In this document: one piece after another, positions 1-7,576 of the stretch
Numbering within the stretch: position 1 is the first letter of the stretch
Layout of the letters: each line of letters opens with the position of its first letter
From: an uncultured Actinomycetes bacterium
GTDB lineage: Bacteria > Actinomycetota > Actinomycetes > S36-B12
Assembly: GCA_913061025.1 (NCBI GenBank)
Contig: CAJXUJ010000002.1
Coordinates: forward strand, 1 to 33,449
Direction: 5' to 3'
DNA: 33,449 nucleotides
Program-made: the position numbers and the translations under genes
Notes under the pieces: model-generated
Seen by the model: the letters and a program-made list of their open reading frames with translations, nothing else
What the model was told of the DNA's origin: nothing
Database searches by the model: none

Positions 1-90
1 GCCTTGAGCCCGGAGTTCCAGGGGGAGATGAGCGGTGGGCAGGGGCGCCTGGTGCGGATGGCACTCGCTCACTGTGGGCTGCTGACCTAG
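1..90 (+). CDS. C-terminal fragment of an unidentified protein (CDS runs off the left edge)
   Basis: Frame +1 is open from base 1 to TAG at 88-90 (..GQGRLVRMALAHCGLLT*). Third codon positions are almost all G/C, as in the confirmed genes here. Too short to assign a family. Confidence 0.3.
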   Translation, partial: ALSPEFQGEMSGGQGRLVRMALAHCGLLT

Positions 91-147
91 GAGGTCTTTT
101 CCCGCACCTGACGACCCCGGGTGCCGGTGGTCGCTCTCGTCACTAGT

Positions 148-969
148 TCAGGAGCGAGCGAGGTCGGGAAACTGCGGTGGTCGCTTCTCCGATCGCGCCC
201 GCATGGCCTCTTGCAGATCCGGCCACTCAAAGGCCTCGGACATTGCATCAAGGGATGCCGCAACGGTCTCGGCGAGGGACAAGCCCTGCGACTGCAGTAA
301 CTGCTGCTTCATCATGGCGACGGACGCAGGGGAACTCTCTCGCGCCACCTGCATCGCCCACTCCAAAGCGGCGCCGAGCGGATCGAGTGACTGCGTCGCA
401 AGCCCCAGCTCTGCGGCTTCTCGGCCAGTGATGGTTCGACCGGTCAAGAGGAGATCGGTAGCGGCCGGTAGACCGATGATCCGCGGAAGAATCCAGGAGA
501 TTCCATACTCCGCGACCAGTCCCAAGCGAGCGAACGTTGAGCTCATGGTCGCGTCAGGATGGACAAATCGCGCATCCGCGCTCACCGCCAGGACGAATCC
601 GATTCCCGCGCAGGGCCCGTTGATCGCCGTGACAACGGGGGTCGTGAGGGTCAGTGCGACAACCGGAAGCGTCTCGACCGACTGGCCTCGGACGTAGGAC
701 TGCAGGTTTTCGCGGTTGCCTCCCAGGGTTGAGAGGTCCGCGCCGGAACAAAAACCGCGCCCAGCACCGGTCACCACGATTGCCCGGACCGACGCGTCGG
801 CGTCGAGTTCCTGCAGCAGATTCGCGTAGGCAGGCCCCATGTCGGGGGTCAATGCGTTCAATCGCTCAGGCCTGTTGAGCGTGACGATTGCGACGCTGGG
901 GTCCTGTTCGTGGCGGTTCACCAGAATGTCGTGGCTCTCCGATGAGGACTCGCTAGGGTCGTGACTCAT
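148..969 (-). CDS. enoyl-CoA hydratase/isomerase (crotonase) family protein
   Basis: ORF 148..981 has the crotonase-fold signature VVTGAGRGFCSGADL and is ~270 aa. ATG at 969 is preferred over the TTG at 981 that opens the longest ORF, so the start is uncertain by 12 nt. Confidence 0.85.
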   Translation of the reverse strand: MSHDPSESSSESHDILVNRHEQDPSVAIVTLNRPERLNALTPDMGPAYANLLQELDADASVRAIVVTGAGRGFCSGADLSTLGGNRENLQSYVRGQSVETLPVVALTLTTPVVTAINGPCAGIGFVLAVSADARFVHPDATMSSTFARLGLVAEYGISWILPRIIGLPAATDLLLTGRTITGREAAELGLATQSLDPLGAALEWAMQVARESSPASVAMMKQQLLQSQGLSLAETVAASLDAMSEAFEWPDLQEAMRARSEKRPPQFPDLARS

Positions 970-1019
970 TCGGGTAGCCAAGCACAGTCCCTGGCTCTAC
1001 GCGCCCAGCAGGAGGAGAA

Positions 1020-1304
1020 ATGTCCGAGAAGGATGCTGAGATCGGCAAGCCGCCTCAGAGCAAGAAAGGGATGACGATCACCTGGCGCGGCATCGTGCTC
1101 ATCGTGATCGGCGTCGTCCTATTGGTCTTCGCGGTTCAGAACCTGCAGAGTGCCACCGTCTACTTCCTCGGCGTGGAGTTCAGCGTCTGGGTGTGGCTTC
1201 TCGTCGTCGGCTCGTTCCTGTTGGGCATGGTGCTCGGGGGAGTCGTGCGCGCGGGCGCACGTCGCCTTCGTAAGCCCAAGCCACCAACGCCCGGGAAGAA
1301 GTAG
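1020..1304 (+). CDS. small two-TM membrane protein, LapA/DUF1049-like
   Basis: 94 aa with two hydrophobic helices (GIVLIVIGVVLLVFAV and VWVWLLVVGSFLLGMVLGGVV) and a basic tail (RRLRKPKPPTPGKK). An AGGAGGAG Shine-Dalgarno lies directly upstream of the ATG. Family name is from recall. Confidence 0.65.
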   Translation: MSEKDAEIGKPPQSKKGMTITWRGIVLIVIGVVLLVFAVQNLQSATVYFLGVEFSVWVWLLVVGSFLLGMVLGGVVRAGARRLRKPKPPTPGKK

Positions 1305-1306
1305 AC

Positions 1307-1771
1307 CTACTCGTACGGGTCGACCCCAAGGAGAGTCTCGTCCTCGGGCGTGAGGTGCTCTACGGGCTCGTCGAATTGGTCGAAATTCGGATCGGCTCGT
1401 TCCTCGTCGGTTTCGTCGTCGAGGTAGGCGTCAGCCGCCGGATCGAAGTCGTCCACGGTGTGCATCGCTGATTCTTCTGCAGGAACCCACGGCCGCGGTG
1501 TGAGACCGCCGGCATGCATCGGGTCGTCACTTCCGTCTTCAGCATCCTCCATGGCGAGGGTTGCCTCGGTGTCTTCGAGCGGGTAGTCCAATCCATCGAG
1601 TGACCCCTCACCGCCGCCACCGTTGAGCGCGTTGTGAATGGCTTCGGCTTCCATCACCATGCTCAGGTGCTCTGCCTGGTCTGCAGCATCCCCCATCGGC
1701 CCATCCGTATCGGCGGTGGCTCGCGCGACCTCCTCGGGGGAGTCTCCATGAACCTGCATCGTGATCACCAT
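1307..1771 (-). CDS. highly acidic hypothetical protein (possibly DUF5709-like)
   Basis: 154-aa ORF. Hand count gives ~44 Asp+Glu, 3 Arg and no Lys. GC3-rich frame. The ATG at 1759 (MQVHGD..) has a GAGGGA about 11 nt upstream and may be the true start. Domain name is from recall only. Confidence 0.55.
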   Translation of the reverse strand: MVITMQVHGDSPEEVARATADTDGPMGDAADQAEHLSMVMEAEAIHNALNGGGGEGSLDGLDYPLEDTEATLAMEDAEDGSDDPMHAGGLTPRPWVPAEESAMHTVDDFDPAADAYLDDETDEERADPNFDQFDEPVEHLTPEDETLLGVDPYE

Positions 1772-1863
1772 CCCTCACTCGTCGGTGCCCTAGATCAACC
1801 GTAGTGGCTCCCGTGCGCGTAGCAGGTAGACCAAAGTCCCGACCTTGCGCAGAATTGGATGAC

Positions 1864-2049
1864 ATGGGTGGGGCACACGTCGCGCGACATGCATGGCGAA
1901 TTCGTGTGCAACAGGCGCTGCTTGCCCGGGATAGTGAGGGCCTGCGATCCCTATACGACGAACTGGTCGATGACGTAGGCAACGACGCTGCCTCGCAGAT
2001 CTGGTTCGACGCGGTGAGCGCTTTCGATGCAAGCGCCGTCACCGGGTGA
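1864..2049 (+). CDS. hypothetical small protein
   Basis: ORF 1804..2049 opens with GTG; the first ATG is at 1864 (MGGAHVARHAWRI..). GC3 is only moderate, there are no recognisable motifs and no clear RBS. Confidence 0.3.
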   Translation: MGGAHVARHAWRIRVQQALLARDSEGLRSLYDELVDDVGNDAASQIWFDAVSAFDASAVTG

Positions 2050-2061
2050 CACACTGAGACC

Positions 2062-2301
2062 GTGGACACACCAGATATCGATCCAGCGTTAATCGCTCGC
2101 CCCTGGGGAGCGCGTCGCCCGCAGAACCTCGTGATCGCGGCAGTATTCGTGGCACTCGCGGTGGCGTTGGTATGGCAAGCCTTTACCTACATCGGGGAAG
2201 GTACCGGTGGGGTCATTCCCTACATACTCGTGATCGCAGGTCCCCTGATATCGGGGTTCTACATCTGGTATTTCAACTTCCGTGACTTCGAGGCTGACTA
2301 G
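2062..2301 (+). CDS. hypothetical small membrane protein (2 TM)
   Basis: 79 aa with a GTG start and two hydrophobic segments (LVIAAVFVALAVALVW and IPYILVIAGPLISGFYIWYF). No family recognised. Confidence 0.45.
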   Translation: MDTPDIDPALIARPWGARRPQNLVIAAVFVALAVALVWQAFTYIGEGTGGVIPYILVIAGPLISGFYIWYFNFRDFEAD

Positions 2302-3053
2302 TAGCCCACATCTGTGACGAACGCTTGAGCCATCGATCTCAGAACATCTCTCGTTTCCCCGGACTTGACCAGCGGTTGCGCTCGGCTACCGGCGCTCTTC
2401 GACAACTTTTGCCCGTTCTCCTTGATGAGTGGGTGATGGAGGATGCGGGCGTGTTGGAACGCACTGCCGGGAAGAATCTCACTGACGCGACGTTGGACCG
2501 CGGTGGACGGTTCGAGATCGCTTCCGCGTACCACCACGTCCACACCCCAAAGGTCATCATCGACCACCGAGGCAAGGTGATAGGCAGGGATGCCATCACG
2601 GCGCCACAGGGTGGCATCCGGTTGTCCGTCGAGGTGCAACCGAACGGCTGTCACACCTGCCTGGAAGACCTCTGCGCGATCTCGGCAGGAAGCTGGGCAG
2701 TCGATTCCGGCGTATTCGTTCCAGTCTGATCGGGTGCACACACACGCATAGACGCAGGGCTCGGTCATCAGCACATCCAGTGCATCCCGGTAGTGGTCCA
2801 TCCGAGTGTGCTGGGACCACGAGGGGAGTTCCGAAGCGCTCGTTGGCCCCACATGCCATTCGATACCGAGCCACTCGAGAGTGGTGAAAATGTCGGAGAC
2901 GTACTCGTCTCGCACCCGAGACCGATCGAGATCGTCGATGCGTAGAACCAAGGTCCCGCCGTTGGAGCGGACGATCTCGTCGATAACCAGGAAATTGACG
3001 ACGTTTCCCGCATGCAGGAAGCCACTGGGTGTGGGCGCGAGCCGCGAGCGCAT
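2298..3053 (-). CDS. gluQ: glutamyl-Q tRNA(Asp) synthetase-like protein (truncated class-I GluRS paralogue)
   Basis: 251 aa. HIGH-like PSGFLHAGN at the N-terminus, KLSKS (GQKLSKSAG) near the C-terminus, and a Cys cluster CVCTRS..CPASCR like the GluQ-RS zinc site. It has a catalytic domain only, with no anticodon-binding domain. Confidence 0.75.
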   Translation of the reverse strand: MRSRLAPTPSGFLHAGNVVNFLVIDEIVRSNGGTLVLRIDDLDRSRVRDEYVSDIFTTLEWLGIEWHVGPTSASELPSWSQHTRMDHYRDALDVLMTEPCVYACVCTRSDWNEYAGIDCPASCRDRAEVFQAGVTAVRLHLDGQPDATLWRRDGIPAYHLASVVDDDLWGVDVVVRGSDLEPSTAVQRRVSEILPGSAFQHARILHHPLIKENGQKLSKSAGSRAQPLVKSGETRDVLRSMAQAFVTDVGY

Positions 3054-3059
3054 GCGGTC

Positions 3060-3065
3060 AGGCTA
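3060..3065 (-). promoter_or_regulatory. putative -10 hexamer TAGCCT, 6 nt upstream of the gluQ-like ATG (leaderless-type promoter)
   Basis: The minus strand reads TAGCCT-GACCGC-ATG with no Shine-Dalgarno. Confidence 0.4.
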
Positions 3066-3128
3066 GGCGATTGTCGGATCATTCCCGCCGCGTTGCGGTC
3101 GCCCTGAGACCTTGGTAGGCCTGTACCC

Positions 3129-3737
3129 ATGTCTCGACGATCCGCATCAGTGGCCTCCGCCATCGCACTGTGCTTCCTCGTATGTGCGCCGCTGAGCGCG
3201 TCGGCCCAGACGAACGTGTGGCGAACCCTGGGTGATGGTGACGGGCTCGTCATCCTCTATCGCCATGCACTCGCTCCCGGTGGTGGCGATCCCGCGGATT
3301 TCGACGTGGACGATTGCTCGACTCAACGGAACCTGTCAGACGATGGACGTCGACAGGCACGCGATATGGGTCGGCAACTGCGCGTGCGAGGTGTAGATGT
3401 CAGCCGAGTACTGAGCAGCCCGTGGTGTCGATCCCGGGAAACGGCCGATCTGATGGATGTAGGGCGAGTCCGAGAACTCACACGGTTGGGGTCGGTATTT
3501 ACCGCTCCAACGTCGGTGGCCCAGCGGCGCGAGGCTGCGACCCGTCGCTTGATTGAAAGGCACGCCGATCGGTCCGGGGTGATGATCCTCGTTGGGCACC
3601 AGGCGAACATCATTGACTTAACCGGTGTCGCGCCCACGTCCGGAGAAGGGGTCGTGGTTCGACACAACGAACAAGAACCCGGTGCCCTGGAAATCCTGGG
3701 CACCGTGCCCGCTCCAGACATAAGGGGCGGCCCGTAG
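3129..3737 (+). CDS. secreted histidine phosphatase (PGAM/SixA superfamily) protein
   Basis: 202 aa. N-terminal Sec-type signal (..LVCAPLSASA/QT), an RHG-type catalytic motif (LVILYRHALAP) and a second His motif (LVGHQANI). Confidence 0.75.
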   Translation: MSRRSASVASAIALCFLVCAPLSASAQTNVWRTLGDGDGLVILYRHALAPGGGDPADFDVDDCSTQRNLSDDGRRQARDMGRQLRVRGVDVSRVLSSPWCRSRETADLMDVGRVRELTRLGSVFTAPTSVAQRREAATRRLIERHADRSGVMILVGHQANIIDLTGVAPTSGEGVVVRHNEQEPGALEILGTVPAPDIRGGP

Positions 3738-3747
3738 GCCGCCCCAG

Positions 3748-3836
3748 TGGTGTCCGAGGGGGGACTTGAACCCCCATGCCCCGTAAAGGGCACTAGCACC
3801 TCAAGCTAGCGCGTCTGCCAATTCCGCCACCCGGAC
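3748..3836 (-). tRNA. tRNA-Leu (anticodon GAG), CCA encoded
   Basis: The reverse complement reads GTCCGGGTGGCGGAATTGGCAGACGCGCTAGCTTGAGGTGCTAGTGCCCTTTACGGGGCATGGGGGTTCAAGTCCCCCCTCGGACACCA. It has a 7-bp acceptor stem (one G-U), an anticodon stem CTAGC/GCTAG with loop TTGAGGT (U33, GAG, G37), a long variable arm typical of Leu, a GGTTCAAGTCC T-loop, discriminator A and a terminal CCA. Confidence 0.93.
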
Positions 3837-3910
3837 AGTGCTGCACGTCGCAACGTGCGGCGCACAGCATAACGCTGCAGTCATCACGACCGTCAGGGCA
3901 GGATAGGTGC

Positions 3911-5227
3911 ATGTCCGAGACCCGAACTCTCGAAGACGAGGCCGTTGACATCACCCGCGATCTCATCCGGATCGACACCAGCAACTGGGGTCCCGATCCT
4001 CAAACCGTGGGGGAGGCAGAAGCCGCCGAATACTGCGCCGAGCAGTTACGCGACGTGGGATGGGATCCGGAGATCATTGTCACCACCAGTGATCGACGAC
4101 GCGGGGTTGCCGTCAGGATTCCCGGCTCCGATCCAACGGCCGCTGCGATCGTGGTGCACGGCCACCTCGATGTTGTCCCCGCCGTTGCATCCGACTGGTC
4201 CCATCCTCCGTTTTCCGCGGAAATAGACGACGGGTTCATCTGGGGACGCGGGGCCGTTGACATGAAGAACATGGACGCGATGATCCTGGCCGTGGCTCGG
4301 CACTGGGGTAGGACGGGGGAGCGGCCACGTCGTGACGTCATCGTGGTGTTCTTCCCCGATGAGGAAGCCGGCATGGTCCACGGTTCTCGTTGGTTCGCCG
4401 AGAATCGGCCCGACATATTCGCCGGAGCGTCCGAGGCGATCGGCGAGGTAGGTGGCTTTTCACTGTCCGTCAGCGATGACCTCCGGCTGTACCCGATCCA
4501 GACCGCCGAGAAGGGCATCAAGTGGCTACGCCTGCGGGCAGCCATGCGTGCCGGACACGGATCGATGATCCATGAGGACAACGCGGTCACCGAACTGGCC
4601 GAGGCGGTGGCCCGGATCGGGCGTTATCGCTGGCCTGTACGCCGGACCAAGACGGTAGAACGATTCCTCGATGAGTTGTCGAACGCTTACGGAGTCGACC
4701 TCACGGTCTCCGACACCGAAACCGTGCTCGAAAGGCTGGGAACTCTCGGGATGCTTGTCGGAGCAACACTCCAGAACACCGCGAACCCCTCAATGCTCGA
4801 AGCCGGTTACAAGGTCAACGTCATCCCGACGGAAGCTGTCGCTCACATCGATGGTCGCTTCCTGCCGGGATACGAAACCGAATTCGACGAAACCATCCGC
4901 TCCCTTGTCTCCGACACCGTGGAGATCGAGACGGTCAACGAGGACATCGCCATTGAGTCTCCCTACGAGACGGTGACGTTCGATCTCATGGCGAAGGTAT
5001 TGCGGGATGAGGATCCTGGAGCAAGGGCCGTGCCCTACATGATCAGTGGTGGCACCGATGCGAAGGCGCTCTCGCAGTTGGGAATCGACTGCTACGGCTT
5101 CTCGCCTCTGCAGATGCCGGCAGATCTCGACTATTGGCGTCTGTTCCACGGTGTGGACGAGCGAGTTCCAGTCGAGGGACTGAAGTTCGGCGTGCGGACG
5201 CTGCGCCGCTTCCTCATGGCCTGCTGA
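3911..5227 (+). CDS. M20/M25/M40 family metallopeptidase
   Basis: 438 aa with metal-ligand motifs HGHLDVVP, GRGAVDMK and FFPDEEAG typical of M20 dipeptidase/deacylase enzymes. Confidence 0.88.
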   Translation: MSETRTLEDEAVDITRDLIRIDTSNWGPDPQTVGEAEAAEYCAEQLRDVGWDPEIIVTTSDRRRGVAVRIPGSDPTAAAIVVHGHLDVVPAVASDWSHPPFSAEIDDGFIWGRGAVDMKNMDAMILAVARHWGRTGERPRRDVIVVFFPDEEAGMVHGSRWFAENRPDIFAGASEAIGEVGGFSLSVSDDLRLYPIQTAEKGIKWLRLRAAMRAGHGSMIHEDNAVTELAEAVARIGRYRWPVRRTKTVERFLDELSNAYGVDLTVSDTETVLERLGTLGMLVGATLQNTANPSMLEAGYKVNVIPTEAVAHIDGRFLPGYETEFDETIRSLVSDTVEIETVNEDIAIESPYETVTFDLMAKVLRDEDPGARAVPYMISGGTDAKALSQLGIDCYGFSPLQMPADLDYWRLFHGVDERVPVEGLKFGVRTLRRFLMAC

Positions 5228-5261
5228 TCTACCCGTATCGGACCGTCTGACGCAGGTTGAA

Positions 5262-5459
5262 TCACGCGGTACGCATCATTCGATAAACGCGTCGCCGCAG
5301 TCGATAGTGGCGTCGCCCGTCTCGAAATATCCTCGTTCGGTCGAGTTCCCAATGCCCGGTTTCGGCACTTGCCGTCAATAACTGGCGCGCCTCTTCTCGT
5401 GGCGTATCACGGGAGATGCTTACCTCCCGGTACTCCCAGGTGCTTCGCGCCTTGGACAC
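5262..5459 (-). CDS. small conserved actinobacterial protein (DUF5703-like)
   Basis: 65 aa with a GTG start. The WEYREV...ARQLLT...GHWELDRTRIFRDGRRHYRLRRR pattern matches the family I recall next to this M20 peptidase in other Actinobacteria. TAGGCT lies 6 nt upstream of the start. Confidence 0.65.
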   Translation of the reverse strand: MSKARSTWEYREVSISRDTPREEARQLLTASAETGHWELDRTRIFRDGRRHYRLRRRVYRMMRTA

Positions 5460-5465
5460 ACCAGG

Positions 5466-5471
5466 AGCCTA
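5466..5471 (-). promoter_or_regulatory. putative -10 hexamer TAGGCT, 6 nt upstream of the DUF5703-like GTG
   Basis: The minus strand reads TAGGCT-CCTGGT-GTG, inside the 29-nt gap after the AKR gene. Confidence 0.4.
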
Positions 5472-5488
5472 CGCCGATGGGCGATGGG

Positions 5489-6469
5489 TTATCGGCGTTG
5501 TGCCCATCCGGCCTCCGGATAGCCCATGTCGGGTTCGGAGATGTCGTCGAGGGCGGTAATGATCTCCGCAGGAAGTTCCAACTCCTCACTGGCGAGGGCC
5601 GAGATCAGTTGTTGAGTGGTCCGAGCGCCGACGATGGGAGCAACCACACCCGGGCGATCCCGGAGCCAGGCCAGGGCTACTTCACCGGGAGATGCATCCA
5701 GGCCCTCGGCAGCTGTGCAGACAGCATCCACGATGCGATGTGAGATCTCGTTGTTGTACGCGTTCACGAATCCGCTGGTCTCCGGATTCCCGCCCCGTGA
5801 GTCGATGGGAATCGAGTGCCGATACTTGCCGGTCAACACTCCTCGACCAAGGGGCGACCAGGGGAGGATGCCGATGCCTAGGGTTTGCGCGGCGGGGATG
5901 ATCTCCCGCTCGATGCCCCGCTCGAGCAGGGAGTACTCCATCTGACTGGTGATGATCGGTGCGACCCCGCGTACCTCCTGAAGGGTGCAGGCCCGAGCCG
6001 TTTGCCAACCGGAGTAATTCGAGATGCCCGCGTACCGAACCCTTCCGCTGGTAATCGCCTGATCGATGGCGGAGAGGGTTTCCTCCAGTGGTGTCCATGA
6101 GTCCCACCGATGCATCTGCCACAGATCAATGTGATCGACATCAAGGCGTTTCAAGGACGCGTCGAGGGCATCGAGGAGGTGACGCCGGCTCGCATCGAGT
6201 CGGCGATCGGTATCCGGCCGCTGAACGGCCTTGGTTGCCAGCACTATCTCACTGCGGCAGTCGAACTCTTGGATCAGCGTGCCCAGCAACTCCTCGCTTG
6301 AGCCCTTGCCGTAGCTGTCCGCGGTATCGATAAGAGTGCCCCCGGCGTCCAAGAATGCCGCGAGCTGGTCGCGCGCCTCGAACTCGTCGGTCTGCTTGCC
6401 CCAGGTCATTGTGCCCAGGGCGAGACGTCCCACCCACATGCCTGACTTACCGAGAGGTCTTTGCTGCAT
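5489..6469 (-). CDS. aldo/keto reductase
   Basis: 326 aa with AKR signatures LGTMTWG, DTADSYGKGSSEE, ATK and GISNYSGWQ. Confidence 0.9.
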   Translation of the reverse strand: MQQRPLGKSGMWVGRLALGTMTWGKQTDEFEARDQLAAFLDAGGTLIDTADSYGKGSSEELLGTLIQEFDCRSEIVLATKAVQRPDTDRRLDASRRHLLDALDASLKRLDVDHIDLWQMHRWDSWTPLEETLSAIDQAITSGRVRYAGISNYSGWQTARACTLQEVRGVAPIITSQMEYSLLERGIEREIIPAAQTLGIGILPWSPLGRGVLTGKYRHSIPIDSRGGNPETSGFVNAYNNEISHRIVDAVCTAAEGLDASPGEVALAWLRDRPGVVAPIVGARTTQQLISALASEELELPAEIITALDDISEPDMGYPEAGWAQRR

Positions 6470-6475
6470 AGCCGC

Positions 6476-6481
6476 ACGCTA
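6476..6481 (-). promoter_or_regulatory. putative -10 hexamer TAGCGT, 6 nt upstream of the AKR ATG
   Basis: The minus strand reads TAGCGT-GCGGCT-ATG. Confidence 0.4.
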
Positions 6482-6492
6482 TTGGTCTTCGG

Positions 6493-6520
6493 CTGACAAT
6501 CGGGGCTTTGGCCCTAGGGT
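6493..6520 (+). promoter_or_regulatory. putative sigma-A type promoter of the LLM oxidoreductase/uppP unit (-35 CTGACA, 16-nt spacer, -10 TAGGGT), leaderless
   Basis: CTGACA (6493-6498), N16, TAGGGT (6515-6520), GGCGAC, then ATG at 6527. Confidence 0.5.
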
Positions 6521-6526
6521 GGCGAC

Positions 6527-7576
6527 ATGAAATTGGGTGTGAACCTGGGTTACTGGGGTGCTGGTAACGATGCCGACAATCTCGAGGTTGCCAGAGAGGC
6601 CGATCGGTTGGGCTATGCGGTGGCGTGGGCGGCCGAGGCCTATGGCTCCGATGCTGCGACCGTGCTCAGCTGGATCGCCGCGCAGACCACTTCGATCGAT
6701 ATCGGATCGGCGATCTTCCAGATTCCGGGCCGTACCCCAGCGAACTGCGCCATGACCGCCGCCACTCTCGACACGCTCTCCGGGGGACGCTTCCGCCTCG
6801 GGCTCGGCGTTTCCGGACCTCAGGTGTCGGAGGGGTGGCATGGGGTCAGATTCGACAAGCCACTCGCGCGCACGCGCGAGTACGTGGACATCGTTCGGAT
6901 GGCACTGCGCCGTGAGCGGGTCTCCTACGACGGTGAGTTCTGGCAACTTCCGCTGCCCGACGGCCCCGGGAAAGCATTGACCCTCACGGTCCACCCCGTG
7001 CGGGAGTCGATTCCGATCTACCTCGCGGCGATCGGACCGAAGAATCTCGAACTCACCGGCCAGATCGCCGACGGGTGGCTCGCGATCTTCTTCAGTCCAG
7101 AAGATTCATCCACGCTGATGGCTCCACTCGTCCAGGGACGCGAGTCGGTGGGCAAGACCATGGACGGCTTCGACGTCGTGCCAACGGTGCCGGTCGTTCC
7201 GGGCAAGGATGTCGAGTCGTGCGCGGAACTCGTCCGCCCGTACGCGGCGCTCTACGTCGGCGGAATGGGTTCACGAGACAAGAACTTCTACAACCAACTG
7301 ATGGTGCGGATGGGATACGAAGACCAGGCCATCGAGATTCAAGAGCGATACATGGCTAAGGACTATGCCGGGGCCGCCGGTGCGGTTCCGTTGGAGTTCC
7401 TCGATCGGACATCGCTCCTCGGACCGCCGGAGCGAATCGCCGAGCGCTTGCACGCCTACGCCGGCGCTGGGGTTACCACCCTGACCGTCGGATCGTTCGC
7501 CGGAAGCATCGACGAGCGCGTTGGGGTCCTACGCCTGATGTCCGAGGTGCTGGAGAAGGCCGGGTTGGCTGATTGA
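6527..7576 (+). CDS. LLM-class (luciferase-like) F420-dependent oxidoreductase
   Basis: 349 aa with the luciferase-like TIM-barrel pattern (MKLGVNLGYWG.., GGRFRLGLGVSGPQV). The F420 assignment comes from recalled family resemblance, not from a cofactor motif. Confidence 0.8.
   Translation: MKLGVNLGYWGAGNDADNLEVAREADRLGYAVAWAAEAYGSDAATVLSWIAAQTTSIDIGSAIFQIPGRTPANCAMTAATLDTLSGGRFRLGLGVSGPQVSEGWHGVRFDKPLARTREYVDIVRMALRRERVSYDGEFWQLPLPDGPGKALTLTVHPVRESIPIYLAAIGPKNLELTGQIADGWLAIFFSPEDSSTLMAPLVQGRESVGKTMDGFDVVPTVPVVPGKDVESCAELVRPYAALYVGGMGSRDKNFYNQLMVRMGYEDQAIEIQERYMAKDYAGAAGAVPLEFLDRTSLLGPPERIAERLHAYAGAGVTTLTVGSFAGSIDERVGVLRLMSEVLEKAGLAD

Noticed and set aside
3116-3131. TAGGCC hexamer 7 nt upstream of the secreted histidine phosphatase ATG, and CACACT 6 nt upstream of the GTG at 2062, as further leaderless promoters.
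   Set aside because: Each lacks one of the conserved T/A/T positions or has off spacing. I kept them out of the promoter list so the pattern is not inflated.
3748-3836. tRNA-Leu as a possible integration site for a genomic island or prophage.
   Set aside because: There is no integrase, no direct repeat of the tRNA 3' end and no compositional break on either side. The flanking genes are conserved housekeeping types.
3843-3858. Short hairpin GCACGT-CGCA-ACGTGC just upstream of the tRNA-Leu 5' end, with a TATGCT -10-like hexamer (minus strand, 3866-3871) beyond it.
   Set aside because: This is plausibly just the pre-tRNA leader and its promoter. A 6-bp stem is too weak to interpret further.
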